From assembly GCA_964106915.2 (NCBI GenBank), contig OZ066918.1: 64,000 nucleotides of DNA; one strand, 5' to 3'. The notes under the pieces are model-generated. The model did no database searches and was not told the origin of the DNA. It was given only the letters and a program-made list of their open reading frames with translations. Source of the stretch: Podarcis gaigeae. Its lineage: Eukaryota. The first letter of the stretch is position 1. Each line of letters begins with the position of its first letter. Below are positions 1-11,952 of this stretch, in pieces. The position numbers and the translations under genes were made by a program.

Positions 1-23
1 GAGGTTGATTCCTCTTTGGGTCT

Positions 24-158
24 CAGGTGTGGGTAATGCATGGTTCTCCAGATGTTGCTGAACTACAGCTCCCATAATCTCTAGCAATTGGCCATGCTTG
101 CTGGGGCTGATGGAAGTTGTAGCTTGTCAACATCTGGAGGGCACAATGTCTTCCTCAG
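24..158. mobile_element. Short palindromic hAT-type MITE, degenerate
   Basis: Inverted arms ctccagatgttgctgaactacagctcccat / atggaagttgtagcttgtcaacatctggag, typical of a common squamate MITE. Boundaries approximate. Confidence 0.65.
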
Positions 159-1519
159 CATCATTTAGACCAGGTGTGGGGACCAGGTCTAAAAGGTGCT
201 GAGGGAGACCACAGCATAATTTAGATCAAATGGTGATAACAATTTGGGGTAGGGCAGTAGGATAGAAACACTGATTCCATTATCTTTCTTCCCTGATGAG
301 CAACTCTGTACACACTGTGGTTTGCATTATTGCTTTTGGGTTTTGGTTTGTTTTGGGGTTTTTTACTCTGTAGTTGACATGGGTACAAGCAGGAGATATT
401 GTCAATCACTATTTCGGTGATAAACAATGTGGCCCTTGTTTGTGGAGCTGTCAGTGCAGTAGTGAGTTTTTGAAGCACACAGCTTGACCAGGAGTTCTGA
501 GAAGTGCCTATTGAGCTTTCTTAGCACTGAGGCAGTAAATGAAGGTGTCCTGTTGGGTCACTCCTCTGATTTACACACATTGTGTTTCTGTTGAAACACC
601 TGAGGCCTTTTGTTTGAGTTTGTGAATAAGCTTCTTTCAGACACCACTAGCAATTTAAAGCCTGTGCTTTCTTTGGGTGGAAGGCAAGAACAGGAATGAC
701 GTTTTCCATTCGTAGATTGGTCTTTTAAAACATAATAAATGTTGCTTCCTTTGAAGAAAAAGAAAAAGCCACACCTCTTGAAGTAAATATGAATTTTGTT
801 ATGTATATAACAAAAATTATGAATCACTGCATCAAACCTAAGAGTATGAATTAGTTGATGGAAGAAACAGTGTTACCCAATATATGCTACATGTATATGT
901 ATTTACCTTTAACTTTCAGGATTCTTGTGTAATTATTTCCATGTAGTGATACTGATTTCCTTCATACAAACTTTGGGTATCTTACAGGATGAGCAGAATT
1001 CAGTTTCCTTTAAGGGCTGTGCCACATTTTGTATGTTCATGTAAAAACATTTGTATACACCCATTGTATGTATTTATATAGATAAATGTGCAATGAAGCT
1101 GAATAGGCCACAGCTTCCCATCTTATGTGTATGCAGTGGCAAACACAGGTTGTATGTGGCATGCATCTAAGGACAGAGTCATGAAGAATATTTGAACAAG
1201 TGCATATTCTGAAGCTTTAGCATGGAAAGACACTAAAATGGCATTGGCTCTCCCCCTGCATTTGAGACACAAGACACAGTCCCTTCACTCACCTATTCTT
1301 ATCTTATAGAGCACAGTGTGTTTCAAGCAAAGAGTATGTGTATCAAAGTGAGGAGTTTGCAAAGCAGATAACTCCAGGTGACTCAAGAAAGTTGTGTTAC
1401 TTTAGGTTGACTCTTAAGATGCAAGAGAGGAAAACTGCCTCCATTCTCAAGAAAAAAGTGTTTGCAGAATGAAAAAGATTGGCAAGGGTGGATAAATATG
1501 CTGGTGGTATGGAGTACAG

Positions 1520-1783
1520 TAGGCACGTCCAGCAGGTAGATAGTGATCTACCGGTATATCACTGGACACTGGTAGATCACTGGCTCCCCCCAAAGAAGCT
1601 CAACAAGTTTGGCTCCCCCCAAAAGTTCAACATTTAAATTGCCCTGCACCCCCCAAAAAGGAGCTTTCATCCTCCCTAAAAAAGCTCAACAACTTTGACC
1701 TGAACCCCTCAAAAGGGGGTAGATCACTGGCAGTCTTTAACTCTGTGAGTAGACCACAGTCTCTCGGGAGTTGGCCACCCCTG
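1520..1783. mobile_element. hAT non-autonomous element with internal ~30-bp tandem units
   Basis: Perfect 8-bp TSD GAGTACAG (1512-1519 and 1784-1791); ends TAGG...CCTG; repeated ctccccccaaa(g)aagctcaaca units. Confidence 0.85.
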
Positions 1784-1849
1784 GAGTACAGGATTGGGAA
1801 TTCCCTATGGCTTATTATTACTGAGTGTCATCTATTTACATTTGCTTTA

Positions 1850-2720
1850 TTGAGAATGAGAGGACAGGTCCCTACCCCAAGGGGCATACAGTCTCACAGT
1901 TGACACAAGGGAGGCAACAGATGAAGAGTAAGGAAATGGAGGGAAAGATGAACAGGGTAGAAATGTGCAATTACACACACACACTTTGGATTTGTTTCAG
2001 TAGGCCATTGGCAACAAAGAATCTTGTAGCACCTTAAAGGCTAACAGATTTATTACCGCATATGCTTTTGTAGACCAGAGGCCACATGATCAAATGTATT
2101 GTGTGTTCTCTTTGGCTTGCCTGTGGGTGTACAGAGGAAAATTGTAAGCTGTGGGGGTCAAATGGCAATGAATTTCAGAAAAAAAGCACTGTGACAAGTC
2201 GGTTAAGTGGGGTATTAAGACTAAAGAATTGTCCCAAAAGCTTCACAGAAGAGGTGAGTTTAAAGGAGGGATCTCAAGGAAGAAATTGGGGGCGGGGATC
2301 CTCATGTAAGTTCTCTGGTGGCAGTTCCCAGTACTAGGGGCAGGAAGGAGAAAAGGAGTTGTTTCAGGAAGCAAGAAGGTTGTAACTTGAAGAGTCAAGG
2401 GTTTAGATGGATACAGAAGGATAAAAGCACAGAGAAATGCAAAGCAAAGCCATGACGAGTTTTGAAGGTAAGAACAAGAAGCTTGTGCAAAAAGCAGGCA
2501 GGATGTTTTTGAGGATTTAAGGAGTGGTGAGATATGTGAATAATTTTTGCAGTAGATGGATATTGGTGGATTAAGGTGACCAGAGAGGAGGAGATTTCAC
2601 TAATCAAGGCAAGAAATGATCAGTGTGGAGCAGCATTTTTGCTATGAGGACAAAGAGGGAAGGCCATACTTTGTTGGTAAAGGAAGAAACCACATGATTC
2701 TGACTGAATCTTTGGGATCG
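1850..2720 (-). mobile_element. Old L2-like LINE remnant, interrupted by a Penelope-like fragment at ~2005-2095
   Basis: gacaggtccctaccccaagg...cagtct 3'-end-like motif and a purine-rich L2-like body; internal gtagcaccttaaaggctaaca motif of Penelope type. Recognised from memory of consensus sequences; boundaries approximate. Confidence 0.5.
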
Positions 2721-2878
2721 TCAGGCTCTCTAGTATTTCTGCTCACATTTTCTGCAATCTGTGGAGTATTGATATTACTGGTGACTTGGTGCCAATTCTC
2801 AAATTGAAGTTTAAGCCACAGAACTCATAAAATATTGATAGCTGACAGGCCTTGTGACCTGGAGTGGATTGTGAAATA

Positions 2879-3095
2879 CAGTGGTACCTCGGGTTACAAA
2901 AACCTCGGGTTACAAACACTTCAGGTTACAGACTCTGCTAACCTGGAAGTAGTACCTCAGTTTAAGAACTTTACCTCAGGATGAGAACAGAAATTGCAGC
3001 GTGGCAGCAGCGGGAGGCCCCCTTAGCTAAAGTGGTACCTCAGGTTAAGAATGGACCTCCGGAATGAATTAAGTTTGTAACCAGAGGTATCACTG
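2879..3095 (+). mobile_element. Tc1/pogo (Tigger-like) MITE
   Basis: TIR CAGTGGTACCTC...GAGGTATCACTG with TA on both sides (2877-78, 3096-97). Related copies at 20896 and 61067. Orientation is arbitrary. Confidence 0.9.
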
Positions 3096-3746
3096 TACAT
3101 AGTTGATGGGTAGTTCAGATTTCCCTCATCACAAAGAAATTTAATTGAGAAATTTATTTGAGATAACTGCATGCTAGAAATTACCGTTTTTTGGATGGAC
3201 AGGCTTGGTCTTCCAGTTTGACCTAATTTTTAAACAAGGTGCAAAGTAAGGCTACAAGCTTTACAGCACGTATTTCCCCCCTCTGATAAGTGATACTTAC
3301 TTCCAGGTAAATGTACACAGAATTGAAGCCTAAGTAGATTAATTGATATTAATGATTAAACTTTGGCCTACTTGATTGGTTGAGACAAAATGTAGGGCCT
3401 GGTATCATGCAAGCTGCACAGATTAGGCTCCATATGCTGTATCTAATGGAAAAAAACCTTTAAAAATGAATTTTCCTTCAAATGTTCCTCAAAAACTAGC
3501 AAGCAGTTTGCTTGGGGGGTTTAAATTGCTCTACATCTCTTGCATCAGGAACTTCAGTTGACAAAGAAAGCACTTGTCTAAAAATGGTGATTTATCTAAT
3601 AACTCGGTTTTTCCACAGTGATGCAGATCATGGGCCTTGAATTTGTTTATTTTTCTGAACCCATTTCTGATGTAGTTACAATTTCCAAACTAATTACGTT
3701 TGTTTGGAATCTTGACTTAAATGTGTGTTTTCTACTTGCTTTAAGG

Positions 3747-3885
3747 TAGGGTTGAGGAATATGTGGCTTTCAAAGTCCTGTTGGGCTTTCAACTCCCCTC
3801 ATACTTGATCACTGGCCCTGCTCACTGGGGCTGATGGGAGTTGGAGTCTAACAATATTTGGAGGTCGGCAGGTTCTCCTGGCCTA
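3747..3885. mobile_element. Short palindromic hAT-type MITE (same family as 24-158)
   Basis: aactccc...ggggctgatgggagttg arms; degenerate 8-bp TSD ctttaagg / ttctaagg. Confidence 0.65.
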
Positions 3886-4880
3886 TTCTAAGGCATTTTC
3901 AGATGGCAGTTGACACCTTTTAAATGACCTGTAACCATTAGGCTGGCAAGGTTGGTGGAGTGGGAGGAAGACCTGAATCCAGGAAGGCTTCCAGAGCAGA
4001 AGACAAGTGTACACCTGGGATAACCAGAGACAGCTGTGGACCTGTTTGTTTCCCACTCCCTTTGATACCTTTTTAAAATTAAAAAAAATACAGCTCAGAT
4101 GAAGATTCATAGGCAAAATCTCATGGTCCTATCTTTCCATATATGGGTCAGCATATGACCAGCTTGGCCAATAAATGTTAGAGGGTTCTCATATTAAAGT
4201 CCATTCGGTGCTAAAAATGTGTGTAATTTCCAAAGTTTTACTTTTCACTTAACCAGTGCAGTTTATTGAAAACTAGATGTCACTTTAAAAATAGAAAATT
4301 TCCCCCCTTCTGGTGGTCTTGCACATCTTTTAGTTTGCATAGAAAGATGAAAAATCTTCTTGCTAAAAAATATCTAAGCAAGGCCAGCTGAACCATATGA
4401 CTGCTGTAGGTTCCTTGCAGTCTCCTTACTAATCCATTCTATTTCTCCCCCTTTTCCTTTGTATGCAATGTGACGTTTCCACCCTTCATTCTGCTTACAT
4501 GGCAGAATTGTTCACCCCATGCTGAATAGTGACTCTGCATGGGAAAAGACAGCAGGTGAACTGGAGCCCTTATGCTTAGAGCAGGGCAAAAAATATTAAT
4601 TGATTAATTGGTGTAATGAATGGATATATCTGTAATTGTTAGAAAAGGATGCAGCATGCTGAGGGCAGATGACATGTGCGTGAATCTCTTTATACAGGCA
4701 ATATCTTTGAGGCACTTTTCCAAAGAGTAAATTACCTGTGGCATTTGGTTAACAGGAACTATTACCTTCATTAAATACCATGTAAAATATTAACTAAGTT
4801 GACATATTGAGCTAGTACACACATAATGCTGCCCATCCCTTGGCTGTGGTTAAGGAAGCTGGAGCAGGCAATGGAATATA

Positions 4881-5055
4881 CCATATTTTTCCATGTATAA
4901 GACGCCCCCCCCCCCATGTATAGGATGCCTCCTATTTGGGGGGACTCTGGTTTAAGAAAAGGGGGGTGGAGATCTATCCGTGTATAAGATGCCCCCAAAT
5001 TTTGGACATTATTTTTTAAGGGAAAAACCTAGACTTTTACACAGGAAAATTACGG
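4881..5055. mobile_element. Tc1/mariner-superfamily MITE
   Basis: TIR CCATATTTTTCC...GGAAAATTACGG with TA TSD (4879-80, 5056-57); internal repeats of tgtataagacgcccc. Confidence 0.8.
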
Positions 5056-5255
5056 TATATGCTCCCTTCCTTACATTTGTAGAACTGTAGAGTTAGAGGA
5101 GCCTTTGCAGGCAAACTAGTAATCTCATCCTTCCTCTGCTGCCTGTCTCCAGTAATGTCTTCCCAAACCTTAACTTTATTCAGTGCTGCTCATGATTTCA
5201 GTCAGTTTTAAACCCTGGTTTGGAGCAAACCTTAGTGTTAGCTATAGTTAACCTA

Positions 5256-5435
5256 CTGTATTTACTAGTGTCTAATGCTTCATCGAATCGAATGCGCATC
5301 TCAATTTTCAGAACCTTGAAACCAAAAAAGTATTTGCTGGCTAATGTAAATGTGCCATCGAATCTAATGCACACCTTAATTTTTGCAACGTAATTTGGCC
5401 AAAAAAAGGTGTGCATTAGATTCAAGTAAATACAG
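5256..5435. mobile_element. Tc1/mariner-superfamily MITE
   Basis: TIR CTGTATTTACT..TCTAATGC / GCATTAGATTCAAGTAAATACAG with TA TSD (5254-55, 5436-37). Confidence 0.85.
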
Positions 5436-5920
5436 TAATTGTAGACATGATGGTGACTAGCTGTTATTAAGACCTGGTGGGGAAGAGAAGGACAAATTTG
5501 TACAATTGAGAGCAAGTAGTACACCATGGCTAAGGGACTGGCATGATAAATGCCTACATTAGCTAAAGTAAAACTTGTTTTAATCAGTTAATTAATTGCT
5601 CAAAAATCCACTAAAAGCATTGACTACCTTACATTAGGACATTCTTGTGACCTATGGTGTAACATGTCTTCAAGATACTTAATTGAGCTGATGTGATCTT
5701 AAGCATGACATGTGTGTTGTGTTTCCTATTCCTTCCCACCCTCCCTCCCTGCTTTTCTCTAAAGGGAATATTCAGGTTGGTAATGTGTGGATATGTGGAA
5801 GCTACTCCAATCTCTTACGGTCAGCTATAACTCTTCTGAAAACGTCAGCCCCAGAAGTTCCTGTAATCTGTGCCATCCTGTTTCATACAGTCCCATCTCA
5901 TAGTTGTCCTTTCTCTGCAG

Positions 5921-6028
5921 TGCTCTATGCCCCGGTCTCTGTGGCTGGGTTGCTCCAACCTGGCGGACAGCATGCCCTCGCTGCGATGCCTCTATAACCC
6001 AGGGACTGGCGCACTCACAGCTTTCCAG
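5921..6028 (+). CDS. BTRC: BTRC (beta-TrCP1) exon 2, 108 nt, CSMPRSLWLGCSNLADSMPSLRCLYNPGTGALTAFQ
   Basis: Acceptor ttctctgcAG ends at 5920 and donor GTactc starts at 6029; phase 0/0. The peptide matches human beta-TrCP1 as I recall it (CSMPRSLWLGCSSLADSMPSLRCLYNPGTGALTAFQ) with one S>N change. It does not match the FBXW11 paralog exon. Confidence 0.97.
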
Positions 6029-9000
6029 GTACTCTCTCACTCTCTCTCTGGGTGTGTCTCCTGCTTGTGCTTTTGCTTTCATTAACTTTTCCATTAGTAG
6101 TAGTAGTAATAGTGGTAGTATTTGCTTCATAGTTGTGTTTCCTTTATGTTGTCCAGACTAATAAATGCCATCCACATCTTGTATAGAACCACAGTTGACC
6201 GCTAATGCAACAATGTCAGATACAGATAGAATTGGAAACTTTTTGCTCAGCTCTAGTAAGAATGCTTGGCCCAAAATGCAAGATTTGGTTATTACTGCTC
6301 ACTTTGATCTGGATGTACTACAGTTGATGCCTTAATTTTACTACTCTACATTTGGGGGGGGGTGTGGAGGTGGTATGTATTTGATTATTAAATATGGATA
6401 GGAATACCCTGACAGTTGGTAACTTGTATTTAAGCCAGTTGAGTCTCTGGTCTATTGCTGCTGTCATGTGCACGTACTTTTTCCATCTAGCTGCATGAAA
6501 GAGTTGTGATGGGGGGGGGGGGGGCAGGAATAGAAGCAGAACAGCAAACGTTGGTCTTTTAATTTTTGCTTCTTCCCACCTACATTAAGTACTTATGGGG
6601 GGTGTTTTTTCTGTTTCTTGGAACTGAGGCTCAGGGGCTTCATCACTAGTCCCCACCCCCTAGTTCACAAAACCAGTTTTCTTACTTTCTTTCAAAAAAA
6701 GATCTAGGCTTTCATTTACCTGGACTAGTTCTATAGGTGGCCAAGTTGTTCTGCTATTCCGGAAATGTGTATGGCTTGTTCTTCCAGACATTATCATATG
6801 CATTAGAGGATGAGAGCAATTATGCCATTTAAAATAAGAAGAATCCATGAGAGTTGTCTTTGATTCCAACCATCAATTCCAATCCATAACACCAAACAAA
6901 AAAATCCTTCAGCAGGTTTCTTGCTGACTTATATTTTCAAATAATTTACATCCTGCTTTCCTATCTAGCAATACTTGAAACAGATCATTAAAATACAATT
7001 TCAGATCAGCAGATACAAATGCCAAAGGGGCAGTGGAACTGCAAAGTTTTCATTGCTGGTCAAAAGGAAAGCAGAGATAGGAGTTAAGCAGCCTTCTCTA
7101 AGGGGAATATTTCTTTACGCTCATCACAACTGAAAAGGTCTTGTGTACCTCATGCTGAGTCATGGGGACCTACATATAAAACTGTTGTGCTAAAAATCTT
7201 TCAGAATTTATAGGAGTGTTGGCAGTTGTCCTTGAAGTAGGGTTACAGACTCCCAATTCATTCCTTTTAGGGGGTCAGTATTCATGGTTACAGAGAGATA
7301 GACACCCAGATCACGCAAAGAGCCCTCACAGGCAGATTGTTACTCAGAAGAAAAAAATGGTTTATTGTCATTCTCATAGACAAGAACAGAGAATTTCTAG
7401 GCTGATCACATTTATGTCCTGTTTATTGGGCTTTGACACTATTAGGAATTCTATAACATTCTACACAGCATTAACACTGGACCTGTTTTGACTAAGCCTA
7501 TATTTTTAATTTATCTCAAACTTTTTCAGACTTGGCATTTAATTAATATTACAAAATGATATTAATCCTGGTCCACTCTTCATAATCCCAGCTTACAGCT
7601 TTGAAACCACTGAATTAGAGGTATGCGTGAAATAAATAGTACCATGGTGACTATTTAAGGATCGGTATAAGGAGGCTATCCCGGAAGCTGATCTTAGCCA
7701 GTTGTGAGGACCTAAGTGACTATATGTAGACTCACAAGAAAAATAGGCATGGTTTGTTGCTTCAGAACAATAAATATTCTGTAGAAATAGCAGTGCAGAG
7801 TACCAGCACCTGGGGGAACCTTATGGAATAGCTGCTCCAGCATGCTCCTAAGGCTCATGAATCATCGTGACAGTCAGCTGGATGAGTCCGTAGGTTTGTG
7901 GCCAAGAACTTGTGATTTGACTTAATTTTAAATCTGGCTTCTTGCCTTGAGTGATGTGAAAATAGTGCTGACGCATCTTAGATCATTCTGCAGCAGCTCT
8001 CCTAGTTGAGCCAATACTTGGCATTGATGGACTCCGAATGCACCCTCTCAGTATTCCGGACATCTGGCAAAGCTGTAGGGAATAGGAAGAGGAGGGTGTA
8101 TCCTTTTTCATTTTCAGAAATGGAGGCCAAATTTAAATTTCCTCAGTACATTTCTTCCTTGATATGTACAGTTTGAAAGAATTCAGGTTATACTTTCCCC
8201 AAACTAGAATTCAGAGGTAAGGGATTTGGTAGCATGTTGAGTATATTGCTTGTCTGCTAAAACTAATAACACATTTTTCCTGTTGGGTTGCTTGTTTTGT
8301 TCCTGCCAAAACTATATGTGTGTTTTAATTTCCAGAGATGGCTGTGACAAGCTAGATGTATATGCATTATTTGCAGTAGCAGTATATTCTGGTTAAAAGG
8401 GGAAATCTGCTTATATGCAGCAGGCAATAAGAAATTACTGTCCAGTTTGGAAGGTCAGAGAGATTCTAAACTGTAGCAAAAACAACAGAGCTAGAAAAAC
8501 AGCTGTCAGATGACTTTGTTTGAGCTCCACCTGTTGCTTCAAATCCCCAAAGGGGAAATGAAATCCACAGAGTTTCTGCTATGCTGAGAAGCTATGCTGA
8601 AGACTTTCCTCGTTGTAAAGGTTGATTACAGTCTATGCCTTCAGAATCATTGCTCTGTCTTGTTGACCACTCTGAGAACAGGATGCTTGGCCAGTTGGGC
8701 CATTGTTCTGATCCAGCAGGGCTCTTGCGCTTTGAACAGGCTTTTAGGTGAGGAAGGTTTCATCCTGCCATCTGATACTATGGATACTATGAAAGTGGCA
8801 AAGCAGAATTATAAGGGTACAGTACTAAATTATATTTCAAATGTAGCTGTTTTCTTCTGAATTTGTAGAATATTCCTTTGGCTACTGTACTTTCTCTTGT
8901 GCATATTTATATTAAACAAATCCCTGTTGACATGGTATATCACAGACTTAACAGGCATATGGTTCTTTGTTCATTTTATTCCGTAAAATTAAATGCCACC

Positions 9001-10271
9001 TGATTGTAAAAAAAGCCCCATGTTCTGCTGTGTATATTTCTAAGGCTCCAATAGTAGTGAAGCATCTTTTGAAGAAATTCTTTAGTGACCTGTTGTGATA
9101 AACAGAATGCTTTCTGCCCATAATTGGAAGCAAGATGACTCCATAGTCAGAAGATCCATTGACCTAGGAGAAACACAGTGGATTGAAATCCATAGAGTAT
9201 TTCCAACCCTGGTTCTGCTCCATTGGTTCTAGTAATGTACCTGCAGGATATTTACAGTGAGATTATAAAACCAAATCTTAATTTTGAGGGCTGGCAGCAA
9301 AAGCCCATGGCTTCAGCCCCCTAGCTAGTGGCTAGCTTGTCCCCCATTTATGAATGTACTTAGGTGGCTCCCAACTGTTTACAAGACAGCAGAGGTGAGA
9401 TCTTTGATTGACAAGTTAGAAATGCATTCGATCATTCCCTCTGCCAGTCTCTGGTTCATGCTGTTAAAAATGTCAGCCTCTCCAAGTTTGAATGGCAGCC
9501 CGAGGGCCTCCAAAGCTTTTTGTTTTCTGAGATGGAAACACAAATTGGATGTGTGCCTGAGCGCTCCATCCTGGGCTGTAATTTCATCTTTTAGCTAAGA
9601 ACCACAAGGTACATGAACAAAGCACCCTGTAAACAATAATACTGGAGAAAAAAATAAACAAGGTCGTGTTTCTGGTACGTTGATCCACTGGTGTCCTGAC
9701 CTCTATCACGTTGAACATCTCCTCTCTGATTGCTGCTCCCTCTGGCATTTCAATGAGAGGGAGAGGCTGACATAGGGGATTTACCAAGATTTAAAGTTGC
9801 AGTGGTGGTGTTCATTCCTTGTATTGGCTATGAAATATTGAACTGCCATAGTCTGTGACACTCAGTTTTAAGCGATGGTCCTAGTTTGAAAGGGAACACT
9901 CTTCAGGCTGGGAGATTCTCGTTTTTCTTCCTCCCCCCACAATCCCCTCTCCCTCCCTGACAGAACTGAAAGTAGTAACTGTGAAGGACAGAAATGAAAC
10001 GAAATCAGCAGTTTGATATTCATACCTAAACATATCCATGGTGGCTAAAGATTAGCTGTACAGGAGTTTATAGAGCAAAATGAATGAATACATTGCCCGA
10101 GGGAATGTACAGTTGAGATGTGTGTGCTGTGCTATTTAAAGAATAATAAAAGGGGGGAGGTTTATACCCTTTACTTTTACCCTCTCTGAAATTCACTAGG
10201 CAGACATGACACATGTGAAAGGTACACTGCAAGCAAGTGATTATCTACCACTTCTAGTGGGGTGGGTGGGA

Positions 10272-10327
10272 TTCCTTCCTTCCTTCCTTCCTTCCTTCCT
10301 TCCTTCCTTCCTTCCTTCCTTCCTTCC
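10272..10327. repeat. (TTCC)n microsatellite
   Basis: Pure tetranucleotide run of about 14 units. Confidence 0.97.
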
Positions 10328-10535
10328 TGTTCAGTTCTCACTCTTGCCAAGCTAGGACAAGTGCAAGAATCCCTGCAGTATCTGTTGGCATAACTTGTTA
10401 TATGTTGCAAGAAAAGCTGAATAAAGTGCACCTACTATAGCATCTGTGTTTGTGTCAAAAACTGAAGATGCAAAAAGTTGTACAGAAGCTACTGATCTCT
10501 GCTGCTACTTCCCTGACCTTGACTACTATCTGTAT

Positions 10536-10887
10536 AAAAGGTAAAGGGACCCCTGACGATTAGGTCAAGTCGCGGAAGACTCTGGGGTTGCGGCGCTCAT
10601 CTCACTTTACTGGCCGAGGGAGCCAGCGTACAGCTTCCGGGTCATGTGGCTCGCATGACTAAGCCGCTTTGGGTGAACCAGAGCAGCGCACGGAAATGCC
10701 GTTCACCTTCCCGCCGGAGCAGTACCTATTTATCTACTTGCACATTGACATGCTTCCGAACTGTTAGGTGGGCAAGAGCAGGGACCAAGCAATGGGAGCT
10801 CACCCCGTGGCGGGGATTTGAACCGCCGACCTTCCGATCGGCAAGCCCTAGGCTCTATGTTTTAACCCACAGCGCCACCCACATCCC
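10536..10887 (-). mobile_element. Full-length Sauria SINE (tRNA-derived)
   Basis: The minus strand begins GGGATGTGGGTGGCGCTGTGGG (A box), contains GGTTCAAATCC (B box) and ends in an ACCTTT-type tail. 7-bp TSD TCTGTAT (10529-35, 10888-94). Confidence 0.93.
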
Positions 10888-11280
10888 TCTGTATGTGGCT
10901 CACAACCAAGAGTTCCACATTACAGTATATGTTGTTCCATTGTGAGGGTATCGTCTGTAGTATTCAGTTTTGCCAAGGTAGTGTATTCCAAGATAGATAA
11001 GCTGCTGTTTGGAAGAAGGAGAGGAACGTAATTGTTTCGGGATTGTGTGATGTTGAAAAACACAAACCCTGACCATTGACTATGCTGGCTGGGGCTGATG
11101 GGAGTTTTAGTCCAAAACATCAGGAGATTATCAAAGTGACCAGCAATGCACTATGTTATCAACGTTGTAAGGTGTGTCTTTTCTAAAAAGTAAAATTTTG
11201 CTCACAGTTTTTTACCTCTGCCCCACCCTCCAACTAGCATGTTCCTGATCACTTCTCACATGTTTATCACTTCAACATTA

Positions 11281-11377
11281 GGGTGGTATTCAACACATAC
11301 TCAGAGAAGACCCATAGTAGTTGAATAAATTTGGGTCATTGGGTCTGTGCTGAGTAGGACCTGGTTGAATTCAACCC
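11281..11377. mobile_element. ~97-bp hairpin MITE (PIF/Harbinger-like)
   Basis: GGGTGGTATTCAAC...GTTGAATTCAACCC ends, internal arms tactcagagaagaccca / tgggtctgtgctgagta, flanked by TTA and TAA. Confidence 0.7.
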
Positions 11378-11864
11378 TAATGTTACAAATTTTGCATTAA
11401 ATGTAATGGTAAAAATGGGCCTTGTTCTTAGGGAAATCCTCCACACCACACAAGCATTGGCACCAATTACAAAGAGCCAATAATATACAGATGGCTTCTC
11501 CAATAGAATAACCCCCATTTCAACCCTTCATGAATTGCCAGCCTTGTATAATATGCATTGTTCTTCCTGAGATGCTGAATTCAAAGGGCTTGCTAGTAGG
11601 GGACCTTGATCATGTTTAAAAGGAAACCTCCTGTGTCCTCAAGAGTGGATTTTCCTTCTTTCCTTGTTAGAAGTCAGAAAGCTATTCTGACAAATGACAT
11701 ATGTAGTGCCAATCGGATGGGGTACAGGTACTCTTAAAGCTAGCTCCGAGTTCCCGAGGATTGGTGAACATCTGCTTAGAGGTATTGCAGAGCCCCACAA
11801 TGCACTAATTGAATTACTCTTTTTCTGGAGTTGCAGACTGTGCTAATTGAATTAGAACCAGCTA

Positions 11865-11866
<2 letters not shown>

Positions 11867-11948
<82 letters not shown>
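11867..11948. repeat. Compound (GT)n(AG)n microsatellite
   Basis: About 39 nt of GT repeat followed directly by about 43 nt of AG repeat. Confidence 0.97.

Positions 11949-11952
<4 letters not shown>

Noticed and set aside
5710-6161. Alternative-frame and antisense ORFs overlapping exon 2
   Set aside because: Only the frame starting at 5921 matches a known protein and splice sites; the others are low-complexity shadows.
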